Below, in pieces: positions 16,463-26,800 of a stretch of 38,459 nucleotides of DNA. Made by a program: the position numbers and the translations under genes. The stretch lies in NCBI GenBank assembly GCA_964600455.1, contig CAZRJU010000001.1, positions 1 through 38,459 of the forward strand, given 5' to 3'. The notes below the pieces were generated by a model. The model saw only the letters and a program-made list of their open reading frames with translations. It ran no database searches and was not told where the DNA came from. The DNA comes from an uncultured Alistipes sp. (GTDB lineage Bacteria; Bacteroidota; Bacteroidia; Bacteroidales; Rikenellaceae). How positions within the stretch are numbered: the stretch's first letter is position 1; the number at the start of each line of letters is the position of its first letter.

Positions 16463-19400
16463 ATGAATATTTACGAAAGTGCGGTTCGAAAACCGATATC
16501 AACCTGCCTGATCTTTATCGGCGTGATCGTCTTCGGTCTCTTCTCGCTGAAGAATCTGGCTATTGACCAATACCCCGATATCGAGATCCCGATGATCTCG
16601 GTAATCACCACCTATCCGGGAGCCAATGCTGCCGATATCGAGACCAACATCACCCGTATATTGGAGGACAACCTCAACACGGTGGAGGGCTTGAAGGATA
16701 TGACCTCCAAATCCTCGGACAACTTCTCGATGGTAACCCTCGAATTTGAGTATGGATACGACCTCACGGAGGCAGCCAACGATATTCGTGATGCCGTGAG
16801 CCGTACGCAGTCGATGCTGCCCGACGATGTGGACTACCCCACCATCTTCAAGTTCTCGACCTCAATGATGCCCGTAATGATGCTTGCCGTTACGGCCGAT
16901 GAGAGTTACCCGGCCCTGAACAAGATTCTCGACGACAAGATGGTCAATGTCCTGAACCGTATCGACGGTGTGGGTGCCGTCTCGGTGATGGGTGCCCCCG
17001 AACGAGAGGTGCAGGTCAATGTCGACCCCCGCAAGTTGGAGGCCTATGGACTGACCATCGAGCAACTCGGGCAGATCATCGCAGCCGAGAATGTCAACAT
17101 CCCGGCCGGAACGATCGACATCGGTAACAACACCTTCAATCTAAAGGCCGATGGTGAGTTTACCGACTCGGAGTACGACCTGCGCAAGGTGGTGATCTCG
17201 AACCGTGGCGGTAGAACCGTCATGTTGAGCGATGTGGCCGAGATCCGCGACACGCTCGAGAAGTCGACCATGGACGAGCGCGTGAACGGAGAGCGCGGTG
17301 TGCGTGTAATGATCCAGAAGCAGTCGGGTGCCAACACGGTAAACATCGTACACGAGATCCAGGAGTTGCTACCCAAGATTCAGGCTTCGCTCCCCTCGGA
17401 TGTGGAGATGCAGCTCATCTTCGAGGGTTCGCAGGAGATCACCGACGCCATCAACTCCCTCTCGGAGACGATCATGTATGCCTTTATCTTTGTGGTACTG
17501 GTTGTGATGATCTTCCTGGGGCGTTGGCGTGCCACCTTCATTATCTGTATGACGATCCCCGTTTCGCTGATCTGTGCCTTTATCTACCTCTTTGCCACCG
17601 GCTCGACGATCAACATCATTTCGCTCTCGTCGCTCTCGATTGCAATCGGTATGGTGGTGGACGATGCCATTGTGGTTCTGGAGAATATCTCGACCCACAT
17701 CGACCGCGGCTCGAAGCCCAAGGAGGCGGCCATCTATGCCACCAACGAGGTGTGGTTGTCGGTTATCGCCACGACCTTGGTGGTCGTAGCCGTATTCCTT
17801 CCCCTGACCATGGTGCCGGGTATGGCCGGTATCCTCTTCAAGGAGTTGGGTTGGATCGTTACGATCGTAGTCTGCGTCTCGACCTCGGCCGCTATTACGC
17901 TGACGCCGATGATGTCGGCCTACATGCTCAAGGACAACGGCGCCGAGCACGACTACAAGGGTATCGGTATTGTCTACAAGCCGATTGACAAGGCCTTGCA
18001 GTGGCTCGATAACGCCTATGCCCGCTCGTTGGAGTGGGTGGTTGGCCATCGCACCATTACCCTCTGCTCGCTGATGAGTATCTTTGTGGTCTCGCTGGGC
18101 CTGATTACGCAGGTGCCCACCGAGTTCTTCCCGCCCTCGGATAACGGCCGTATCTCGGCCACGGTGGAGTTGGAACAGAACATCGGTGTTGACTACACAG
18201 CCCGCATCGCCCGCCAGATCGATAACATCATCTACGAGAAGTTCCCCGAGATCGTCTTGGTGTCGGCCTCAGCCGGTGCCAACTCCTCGGACAATGCCTT
18301 CGCCGCGATGCAGACCACCGGTTCACACATCATCAACTACAACATGCGACTTCCCCGCTCGGGTGAGCGCGACCGCTCGATCTTCCAGATCTCCGACCTG
18401 CTGCGCCAGGAGCTCGACCAGATCCCCGAGGTGCGCCAGTACACGGTAACACCGGGCGGACAGCAGGGCGGTATGAGTGGTTCGAGTACGGTGAACATCA
18501 AGGTCTTTGGCCACGATATGACGACGACCAACGAGATTGCCAACGACCTGAAACAGAAGTTGGCCGCCATCCCGGGCATGCGCGACGTGCAGCTCTCGCG
18601 CGATGATCTGCGCCCCGAGCTCAACGTAGTCTTCGACCGCGACCGTCTTGCCTATTACGGCATGAACAGCGCCACGGCTTCACAGTTTGTCCGCAACCGC
18701 ATCAATGGTCTTGAGGCTTCAAAGTATCGTGAGGATGGCGACGAGTACGACATCGTGGTACGCTACGCCGAGGAGTTCCGTCTCTCGGTAGAGGATGTGG
18801 AGAATATCGTGCTCTACGGTGGTCAGGGACAGCCTGTCAAGCTCAAGGAGGTAGCCACGGTGCGCGAGGAGTTCGCCGCCCCCTCGATCGAGCGTGAGAA
18901 CCGCCAGCGTATCATTACCGTTGAGGGTTCGGTAGGTGATGGTGTCGCCCTGGGTGATATGCTTCCTTTGGTGGAGCAGATCATCAACGACTACCCCACG
19001 CCCGACAACGTTGATCTGGAGATTGGTGGTACGGTCGAGGATCAGGGAGAGGCCTTTGCCGACCTGGGTACGCTCTTTATTCTGATCGTGATCTTAGTTT
19101 ATATCGTGATGGCTACGCAGTTCGAGTCGCTCAAGTATCCCTTTATCATCATGTTTACCATTCCGTTTGCCTTCACCGGTGTATTCCTGGCGCTCTGGCT
19201 GACCTCCACACCGCTCTCGCTGATCGCCCTGATCGGTGCCATCATGCTGGTAGGTATTGTAACGAAGAACGGTATTGTGATGGTGGACTACACGAACCTC
19301 TTGATCGAGCGCGGCATGGGTGTTGCCGAGGCCGTTATTGCCGGTGGTAAGAGCCGTCTGCGCCCCGTGTTGATGACCTCGTTTACCACGGTACTGGGTA

Positions 19401-19618
19401 TGGTTCCCATGGCCATTGGAGGCGGCGAGGGTTCGGAGACGTGGCAGCCGATGGGTATTGCCGTGATCGGCGGTCTGACCTTCTCGACCATCCTCACCCT
19501 CTTTATCGTACCTGTCCTCTACGCTATTCTGGAGAGCCGCGCCGAGAAGCGTCGCGCCGAGAAGCGTCTGCTGGAAGAGCAGGAGGAGGAGCGAGTATTG
19601 AACCAAGCCAATGCATAA
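16463..19618 (+). CDS. RND efflux permease (AcrB/D/F superfamily)
   Basis: 1051 aa; GMVVDDAIVVLEN, GIVTKNGIV and RLRPVLMT proton-relay motifs intact. Confidence 0.95.
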   Translation: MNIYESAVRKPISTCLIFIGVIVFGLFSLKNLAIDQYPDIEIPMISVITTYPGANAADIETNITRILEDNLNTVEGLKDMTSKSSDNFSMVTLEFEYGYDLTEAANDIRDAVSRTQSMLPDDVDYPTIFKFSTSMMPVMMLAVTADESYPALNKILDDKMVNVLNRIDGVGAVSVMGAPEREVQVNVDPRKLEAYGLTIEQLGQIIAAENVNIPAGTIDIGNNTFNLKADGEFTDSEYDLRKVVISNRGGRTVMLSDVAEIRDTLEKSTMDERVNGERGVRVMIQKQSGANTVNIVHEIQELLPKIQASLPSDVEMQLIFEGSQEITDAINSLSETIMYAFIFVVLVVMIFLGRWRATFIICMTIPVSLICAFIYLFATGSTINIISLSSLSIAIGMVVDDAIVVLENISTHIDRGSKPKEAAIYATNEVWLSVIATTLVVVAVFLPLTMVPGMAGILFKELGWIVTIVVCVSTSAAITLTPMMSAYMLKDNGAEHDYKGIGIVYKPIDKALQWLDNAYARSLEWVVGHRTITLCSLMSIFVVSLGLITQVPTEFFPPSDNGRISATVELEQNIGVDYTARIARQIDNIIYEKFPEIVLVSASAGANSSDNAFAAMQTTGSHIINYNMRLPRSGERDRSIFQISDLLRQELDQIPEVRQYTVTPGGQQGGMSGSSTVNIKVFGHDMTTTNEIANDLKQKLAAIPGMRDVQLSRDDLRPELNVVFDRDRLAYYGMNSATASQFVRNRINGLEASKYREDGDEYDIVVRYAEEFRLSVEDVENIVLYGGQGQPVKLKEVATVREEFAAPSIERENRQRIITVEGSVGDGVALGDMLPLVEQIINDYPTPDNVDLEIGGTVEDQGEAFADLGTLFILIVILVYIVMATQFESLKYPFIIMFTIPFAFTGVFLALWLTSTPLSLIALIGAIMLVGIVTKNGIVMVDYTNLLIERGMGVAEAVIAGGKSRLRPVLMTSFTTVLGMVPMAIGGGEGSETWQPMGIAVIGGLTFSTILTLFIVPVLYAILESRAEKRRAEKRLLEEQEEERVLNQANA

Positions 19619-19643
19619 CCAACCCCAGAAAAAGATGAGTGCT

Positions 19644-19937
19644 ATGAAAGCTGTTTTTATATCCTATAACCAAGCTGTAACCGATCGTGTGAATAAGATT
19701 CTCGACGATCTCTCGATCCGTGGTTTCACCCGCTGGGGACTCACCGAGGGGCGTGGCTCCGTCGATGGCGAACCCCACTACGGCACCCACGCCTGGCCTT
19801 CGATGAATAGCTCGATCCTGGCGATCGTCGACGAAGAGAAGGTCGAACCACTGCTCGATGCACTACGCCGCATGGATAAGGTAACCAAAATGCAGGGCAC
19901 ACGTGCCTTTGTGTGGGATGTTACCGGCGCTATGTAG
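19644..19937 (+). CDS. PII-like transporter-associated protein (PG0541 family); alternative starts 19611 and 19635
   Basis: MKAVFISYNQA...RGFT.W....GRGS..GEPHYGTHAWP.MN; last gene of the RND operon. Confidence 0.8.
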   Translation: MKAVFISYNQAVTDRVNKILDDLSIRGFTRWGLTEGRGSVDGEPHYGTHAWPSMNSSILAIVDEEKVEPLLDALRRMDKVTKMQGTRAFVWDVTGAM

Positions 19938-19958
19938 AGGCGCAGAAAGTAGTTTATA

Positions 19959-20003
19959 TAAACAAAACAGCTTGCCCCCGATTGAGGCAAGCTGTTTTGT
20001 TTA
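19959..20003. terminator. Bidirectional intrinsic terminator
   Basis: TAAACAAAACAGCTTGCC...GGCAAGCTGTTTTGTTTA, between convergent operons. Confidence 0.85.
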
Positions 20004-20026
20004 ATCGTTGTTTAGAGTGATCCCGG

Positions 20027-21349
20027 CTATCGGTTAATCGCTCCCTTGATTCGTGCAAGGGCTTTGTTGACAGCCTCGTAAAGGGCCGGAAGATCTACCC
20101 CTGTAAGCTGACGATTCTCCACCAGGAGTTCTCCGTCTACCATCACCGTCTCCACATCCGAAGCCTTCGCGCAGTAGACCAGGGCAGCAACCACATCGTT
20201 TAACGGTTGCAGGTGAGGTTTATTGAGGTCGATCAGAATCAAATCGGCGAGGGCCCCCTCGCGCACCATACCCAAATCGTCGGCATGACCAATGGCCATT
20301 GCTCCGTAACGAGTTGCCATCTTGAGCACCTCGTAGGCGGGCAAGACCAACGGATCCATCGTTGAAACCTTGGCCAGGAAGGAGGCTTGACGCATCTCCT
20401 CCCACATGTCGAGGTCGTTATTCGACGAGGGGCCATCGGTCGCCAAGGTGGTGCAGATCCCCTCCTTGAGGAGGGTTGCCACCGGCGCAATTCCGCTGGC
20501 AATCTTCATGTTGCTGGTCGGATTGTGCGCAATCTTCACCCCTCGCTCCCTGAGAATGGCTCGATCCCGTTCGCTGAGATAGACGCAGTGGGCCGCAATG
20601 GTCTTATCGTCAAGCAGGCCCAACGAATCGAGCCACTCCACGGGGCTCATTCCCGTTGCTGCCTGAAGTTGTTCCATCTCGGAGCGGCTTTCGGCCACAT
20701 GAATCGTCAAGGGGAGGTTATACTTTTGGCACAACTCCTTGCAGCGAAGCAGGTTTTCCCGCTTTACCGAATAGGGGGCATGGGGGCCTACTCCCACCCG
20801 CACACGGTCTGAAGCCAAAGGAAGTGTTGCCTCCAGATCCTGCACGTTTCGCTCAAACATTCCATCAATAAACGACGGGCAGAGCAGGGCTCGAATACCC
20901 AGACGCTGTGCCACCCGGGCAATGCAGTACTCATCCCAATACATATCCACAAAGGAGGTTACACCCCCCAGAAGCATCTCGGCTATTCCAAGCTCGGCAC
21001 CCAGGGCCACCTCATCGGGACGTTGCTGCGCCTCGAAGGGCCAGATGTGGCGGTTGAGCCACTCCATCAGGGCGATATCGTCGGCATAACAACGTTGCAG
21101 GGTCATGGCCACATGGCAATGGGTGTTGATCAGGCCCGGCATCAGGAGCCTGCCACGGCAGTCAATCACCTGACAAGCATCAGCCTCCCGGCTAAAACGG
21201 TCGGCCTCCTCTTCGGAGGTGGTGAGCAGCACAATCCGGTTGCCCTCTACACCGACCCATCCCTCAAAGGTGAGCGGTTCGCCCTCTTGGGCCGTCATGG
21301 GCAGGATCAAGGCCCGGTAAAAGAGAGTTCGCTTTTTCATCGTCTTCAT
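20027..21349 (-). CDS. Amidohydrolase, MtaD-like (MTA/SAH deaminase family)
   Basis: MPGLINTHCH, PHAPY, HVAES, AHCV, HNPTSNMK.ASG and TDG.SSNN.LDM.EEMR. Confidence 0.85.
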   Translation of the reverse strand: MKTMKKRTLFYRALILPMTAQEGEPLTFEGWVGVEGNRIVLLTTSEEEADRFSREADACQVIDCRGRLLMPGLINTHCHVAMTLQRCYADDIALMEWLNRHIWPFEAQQRPDEVALGAELGIAEMLLGGVTSFVDMYWDEYCIARVAQRLGIRALLCPSFIDGMFERNVQDLEATLPLASDRVRVGVGPHAPYSVKRENLLRCKELCQKYNLPLTIHVAESRSEMEQLQAATGMSPVEWLDSLGLLDDKTIAAHCVYLSERDRAILRERGVKIAHNPTSNMKIASGIAPVATLLKEGICTTLATDGPSSNNDLDMWEEMRQASFLAKVSTMDPLVLPAYEVLKMATRYGAMAIGHADDLGMVREGALADLILIDLNKPHLQPLNDVVAALVYCAKASDVETVMVDGELLVENRQLTGVDLPALYEAVNKALARIKGAINR

Positions 21350-21765
21350 CTTTTTCGTTTCGTGTCGAGGGAGTTCCCCCGAATGGTTATAATCTCACGG
21401 CCGCCCTCGGAGTTGGAGAGAATCTGTACCACCTTGTGAAAGGTACCCGGAGCCGCCTTCAAGGGTTCATAGTCGAAGCGAATCACCCCCTCATCGCCAA
21501 CAGCAATCGGACGTTTGGGATAGTGACTCTTGAGACAAGAGCAGGTGGTCGTTATGCGCGTAATGACCAAGGGGGCCGTTCCCTCGTTACGAAAACGGAT
21601 CTCCGTGTGTACCTTTCCTCCACGGCGATCAATCGTACCGAAGTTGTGCTCCACACGCTCCAGTACCAAACGGGCCTTTCCTCGCTGCTCCTCGGCATGT
21701 AGCAGATGGGGCAAGAGTAGAGCCATCAGGCAAAATAGCAGGGTTAGTCGTTGCGCTCGTCTCAT
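21346..21765 (-). CDS. DUF1573-domain exported protein
   Basis: HNFG.I, F.NEG..PLVI.....TCSC and F.K.V.I.SN; 4-bp overlaps with both neighbours. Confidence 0.82.
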   Translation of the reverse strand: MRRAQRLTLLFCLMALLLPHLLHAEEQRGKARLVLERVEHNFGTIDRRGGKVHTEIRFRNEGTAPLVITRITTTCSCLKSHYPKRPIAVGDEGVIRFDYEPLKAAPGTFHKVVQILSNSEGGREIITIRGNSLDTKRKR

Positions 21766-22451
21766 CGTTTCAGTGTAAAAATATAGGTAATGGTTCCACC
21801 CTGTATGTAGCTTTGGCTCTCCGTAAAACGGGCCTTCAGGGCCGCCTGCGTCGCCTCCCGAATCAGGTCGTCGTTGGAGATGGTGGAGCCCTTCGGCTCA
21901 TAGGTGGCCGCTGTTACGCGCCCCGTACGATCGACCGTCACGCGAATCACCACCTTGCCCTCTGCGCTACCCGTATAGCGCGGCTTGGGCAGCGCCCCCA
22001 CCAGGCCGCGCCCCTGCAGGCCACGGTCGAGTTGATCGCTTCCCTCGGGAGCCAGGCCACTTCCCGAGCCCGATGCCGACTCCTCCTCGGCCTCAGCCGC
22101 CTGCGGATTCCCGGCATTCTCCGGTTCATCAACCCCTCCGGCCGACTGTCTAAAGAGGGCCCGTTGATTGACCGTGCGCGTCTCTTCGGCCTCACCCTTC
22201 GCCTCGGCCGTCTGCTCTTGGGCATCCACCTCGGCATGCGCCACCGGAGCAGGAGCCGGAGGAGGCAGTACGGGCTCGGGCTTGAGTTCCGGCTCGGTGA
22301 GGAACTCCACCACAATCGCCTCCTTGGGCACGGAGGCTCCAAGGTCGATCTTGACCAAAAAGAGCATGAGCAATACCAGCACCCCGTAGATCAGGAGTGC
22401 TCCCCAGGCCCAGCGACGCGATTGCTGTGTATCGTCTTGGTAATAGTTCAT
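21762..22451 (-). CDS. tonB: TonB-family energy transducer
   Basis: N-terminal TM helix, Pro/Glu-rich linker, and LPKP.Y....EGKVV..V.VD..G.V..A...ALKARF C-terminal domain. Start placed at ATG 22451. Confidence 0.8.
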   Translation of the reverse strand: MNYYQDDTQQSRRWAWGALLIYGVLVLLMLFLVKIDLGASVPKEAIVVEFLTEPELKPEPVLPPPAPAPVAHAEVDAQEQTAEAKGEAEETRTVNQRALFRQSAGGVDEPENAGNPQAAEAEEESASGSGSGLAPEGSDQLDRGLQGRGLVGALPKPRYTGSAEGKVVIRVTVDRTGRVTAATYEPKGSTISNDDLIREATQAALKARFTESQSYIQGGTITYIFTLKR

Positions 22452-22452
22452 C

Positions 22453-22712
22453 GCAGTACTTAATTTTGATTTTAGGCGAGCAGATTTTGCGCTAACGCCG
22501 GTTGGTGTGGATGGGCTGCAGTTGAGGTACTGCCCATTCTCACAAACCAAGGCAGTGCAAAATATACTACATAAAATCGCGGTACTCAATTTTTGATTTT
22601 AGGCGAGCAAATTTTGCGCTAACGCCGGTTGGTGTGGATGGGCTGTACTTGAGGTACTGCCCATTCTCACAAACCAAGGCAGTGCAAAATATGCCGCATA
22701 AAATCAAAAATT
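22453..22712. mobile_element. Tandem pair of 126-127-bp palindromic MITE/ERIC-like elements
   Basis: Two near-identical copies (about 22453-22578 and 22579-22705). The second has a perfect 14-bp terminal IR (22588-22601/22699-22712). Each copy has an inner stem GGTTGGTGTGGATGGGC/GCCCATTCTCACAAACC. Confidence 0.75.
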
Positions 22713-23112
22713 ACGGTTTGGTCGCCAACAACATCCTGTATCCATTCGCTCGACCGATCTCGGTTACCTGCACGAAATCGTCGACGACCACATTTTTATC
22801 GCAGTGAATGGAGACGGTGGGCTCGTGTTGCCCCTCCAAACGCTGCTGCAGGGCCTGCTCCAACTCGGCAAGGGAGGAGACACGGGTGGTCTCGAGGTAG
22901 TACTCCAGACCGGCGGGAGCTTTACGAATGGTGATGGTGGTAATGGCTTTGTCCTTGAGTTGGTTGGAACTGCGCGGAAGCACCACCTTGATCGCATTGG
23001 GGTTGATCAGGGTGGTAGCCATCAGCAGAAAGACCAACAGCAGGAACATCAGGTCGGTCATCGAGGCGGCGGAGAAGCCCGAATCGACCTTGGATCCTCG
23101 TTTGATTGCCAT
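22711..23112 (-). CDS. exbD: Biopolymer transporter ExbD/TolR
   Basis: SMTDLMFLLLVFLLM TM segment with the conserved Asp; V.LP and V.I..DK.V. Confidence 0.9.
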   Translation of the reverse strand: MAIKRGSKVDSGFSAASMTDLMFLLLVFLLMATTLINPNAIKVVLPRSSNQLKDKAITTITIRKAPAGLEYYLETTRVSSLAELEQALQQRLEGQHEPTVSIHCDKNVVVDDFVQVTEIGRANGYRMLLATKP

Positions 23113-23117
23113 AGGGG

Positions 23118-23789
23118 TTACTTTTGAACGGGTTGGTTAAGAATATCCATAAAGGCGATCGAGTTGGCCTCCATGCGGAATACGAGCTTCTCGATGCGGG
23201 CAACCAGGTAGTTGTAGCCGAAGTAGGCGGGGATACCCACACAGAGACCGCCCACCGTGGTTACCATGGCTACATACATACCGCCGGCCAGCTGCGACAT
23301 ATCGACCGTACCGCCCGCAGCCGCCATATCCATAAAGGCCTGTACCAGACCGATCACCGTGCCAAGGAAACCGATCATCGGAGCACCACCGGCGATGGTG
23401 GCCAGGAAGGGAAGTCCGTTCTCCAACTTGGATACCTCGAGGTTGGCCACATTCTCGATGGCGGTTTGGATATCGGCCATCGGGCGACCAATACGCTCAA
23501 TACCCTTCTCGATCATGCGGGCAATGGGGCTGTTGGTCTTTTTACAGAGGTCAACAGCCACCGTGATCTTTCCGTCGAGGATGTAGTCACGGATGCGGTG
23601 CATGAAGTTCATGTCGAAGGTCGAGGCCTTACGGATCGCCATAAAGCGCTCTACAAAGATGAAGATGGCCACACCTCCCAAAAGCAGAAGGGGCCACATG
23701 AGCCATCCTCCCTTGAGGAAAAGTTCACCTAAACCCATTCGGGTAGCCTCGGTTGCTGCCCCATCGGCAGCCTGCAAAAGTCTAAACAT
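23118..23789 (-). CDS. exbB: MotA/TolQ/ExbB proton channel
   Basis: GGWLMWPL, LATIA..APMIGFLGTV.G and LAGGM..A.VTT..GL..GIPA. Confidence 0.92.
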   Translation of the reverse strand: MFRLLQAADGAATEATRMGLGELFLKGGWLMWPLLLLGGVAIFIFVERFMAIRKASTFDMNFMHRIRDYILDGKITVAVDLCKKTNSPIARMIEKGIERIGRPMADIQTAIENVANLEVSKLENGLPFLATIAGGAPMIGFLGTVIGLVQAFMDMAAAGGTVDMSQLAGGMYVAMVTTVGGLCVGIPAYFGYNYLVARIEKLVFRMEANSIAFMDILNQPVQK

Positions 23790-23820
23790 ACGCTAAAAAT
23801 TTTCTCGTTTTATTTAAGTT

Positions 23821-26800
23821 TTATTCTATCTCTTGTTCGGGAATATCCCCCTCTGAAACGGGGCCCTCGACTTCATGAGCCGCTGCTGCACGCGCGGCCC
23901 GCTCGGCCTCCTTCTCGGCACGGCGTTGGGCACGGCGCTCCTTGCGTTTTTCGCTGGTAAAGCGCTGCTTGATGCGGTCACGCAGATCACGCAGGTTGTC
24001 GAAATCCTCCTTGTAGTAGATACCGATACCGGTCTCCTGCAGACCCTGTGTCTCGTCGAAGCGGTCGATCGTCTGGGTAAAGCCTTTGAGTTTGAGCGTA
24101 CCGGCACGATCAATCATCCAGGTAATGTAGGCCTCGCCCATGAAGTTCGACATGTTGCCATTGGTAGCCATCTTATTGTCAATCAAATAGTTGCCCTCTA
24201 CCTCGATCAAGAGGCGGTCGTTGATCAGGTTGGAGGAGAAGCCGAAATCCACCTCATCACTCGAAACCTCGGTCTTGGGACGATAGCGCAGAATGATGTT
24301 GTAGTCGTCGCCCGAAAGGACATTCGAGACCTGATTGGCCAGCAGTTCAAAGCCCGTGGCAGCCGATGCCACAGCACCGATATTGCCCGAAGAGCCGGTC
24401 GAGCTCTCGGGATAGAAGCTGTTGAAGGCCAACAGATAGATGAACTGGCGGGCGATCGTAGTCTCTGTATTGAGGATATTGGCCACAGCTGTCTGGGTCT
24501 CGGAGTCGGCCTGGGGAACACGAATCGAGAAGGACTTCGAGGGGTTGGAGAGTCGATTGCCAAGGTGGATCACACACTCCACGGGAACGGTTCGCGTGTT
24601 GGAGTTTCGATCGGCCGAGGTAGAGGCGCCCAAGAGGGGCTGCAACGATGCCTTGAGTTTATAGAGGGCGTTGATATTGAGCATGGCATCCATCGGATCG
24701 CCCGTCCAAGAGATGGTCGACCCCGACTCGATGAGGAATTTCTTGTTGATGATGTTTTGCAGGGTGAAGAGGTAGCTACCCTCCGTGATCTCAATATCTC
24801 CCGTCATCTCAAAGATGTTCTCGCGCGGATTGACATGGATGTTGAGCAGGCCCTCACCCTCACCACGCAGAAGATCCCCGGCCTGCGGGTCGATCACCAA
24901 CTGGAAATCAAGGTTCGGATGAACACTCAAGGCCAAGTTGATATCCATCTTTCCGCCCGCCTGGCTCTTCTGGCGCAACTTACGTTCAAACATGATACGG
25001 CGACGCACCAGATAGTTCGAGGTGTCGACATCGTTGGGCGTAACAAAGGTTACAAAGTCGGCCTTCTGCACATTCGACGAGCCCGAAAGAGGCATGTAGA
25101 AGACCGAATTATCCTCCGTCAAGGCGTTGATATCCATCTTCACACCCATCTTATCGCCGGCAATACGAGCCTGTCCCGTGGCATAGATCTTTCCGTAGAA
25201 GAGGTCGTTGTCCTCCTTGGTGGTGTTGAGCACCAGCATATCCCGAGGTGCCACATCGAGGCTGTAGGAGATGTTGGAGAGATGACCCAGATCCAATCGG
25301 AAATCCATCTCGCCGCGATTCTGCTCACTATCGTAGAAGGGGACATCAAGCGCCTGCAAGCGGTTACCATGCACCAGAATCTGCGCCTCGGGCAGGTGGT
25401 AGGTTACCTGTGTGAAGTCAACCTGAGTGGAGAGGTCACACGCCTGAATCACACCCGAGAGATCGGCTTTGCGGCCCTCACCCCGAAGCGTCAAGGCCAC
25501 ATCGGCCGTACCCTTGGTTTGGGAGATCACCCCCTTGAGAATGGGATCGAGGGCTCCGAGCGAGATCTTATCCAGAGCGGCTCGCGCATAGTAACGACGC
25601 TCCGAGGGGCGGTAGTAGCCCCTGATCAGGGTATCCACCCGCTCGCGGTCGATGATAAACATGGCTGCACGGTTCAGCTCGAAGTCCCAGCGCGAAAGAA
25701 GGCGTAGCGGAGGTACGGGCAGCACCTCGTTCACCCGCATCGAGTCGATCAGGATGTCGGCCGAGATCTCACCATCCCGAAGCACCGACTTCATCACGGC
25801 ATACCCATTCGAGGTGCCGGAGATGCGGTAGCCGAGCGAGGCCGCCACCTGGGTCAGGGGTGAGAGATCGAAGTTGGTCAAGGTGAGGCACAGCGAATCC
25901 TCCTTAAGGCGCGAGGCCACACCCTCCAGTCTCAGCGCCTCCTCCCGATTCTCCATGCTGAAACGGTCGATTACCACCCGCGCCGAATCCATATCGATCA
26001 GCGGAGCCTGTAAGTCGAAGCGCTTGCCTCCGGCCTCCAACGTAGAGGGGAGAAGTTTGAGCTCCAGACGGCAGCCACGCTCCCGATTGCGTTCCAAGAG
26101 GCCCTGCCATTGCAGGTTGCCGGCAAAGTGGGAGGCCGAGTCGGTGAAGGCGGAGAGCAGTGCAAAGCTGCCATCATGCGCCCCTCCCTCCAGGTCGATA
26201 CGATGCAGATGGAAGGCTCCGGCATAGAAGTCACGGGCCGAGCAGTTGAGCATAAGCGAATCGGCAAGATTCTTCACCGAGAGGTTGAGGTTGGTGGCGA
26301 AGAGGCGATCATGCTCAATATAACCGGCATTGAGTGCCAATGCTAAGCGATTGAGTGAGGGGTTATAATCCAAGGCTAAGGTGGTGTTGTCAGCTACCTC
26401 CAATCCCTTCGAGACCGCATCGGTCAGCGGAGTCATCTGCTTGACGGTCAGGCGCAGTTGTGTGAGATCCTCCTCGGGATCGGGCAGCGAATCGATCAGG
26501 ATGGGGGTCTGCTCTTCGGGATAAAGGGCCGGCAGATAGTGTTTCAAGGCCCGAGAGAGGAACTGGAAGGCATCCTTATAGCCATGGGGCGAGGTGAAAT
26601 CCAAATCGGCATACTCCGAGCGAAGGGTCAAGCTGCGCTCCCGCTCCCGACGGTTCGCCTCCAGATGGATCTGCTCGGCACGAATCTCCGAGGAGTTGTA
26701 GCGGTAGCGGGCATCCTGAATATCCACCTTACCCCGCAGATCGTCCAACGCAGCACCGGAGATATCGCCCGCAAGGCGCAGGTTGAGTTGCGAGAGGGTG

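Noticed and set aside
22452..22589. 46-aa N-terminal extension of TonB in the ORF track
   Set aside because: It is read through the palindromic repeat from a non-ATG start; ATG 22451 gives a normal TonB N-terminus.
22453..22712. Integron attC sites
   Set aside because: No properly placed RYYYAAC/GTTRRRY ends, no cassette ORF between the copies, and no integrase.
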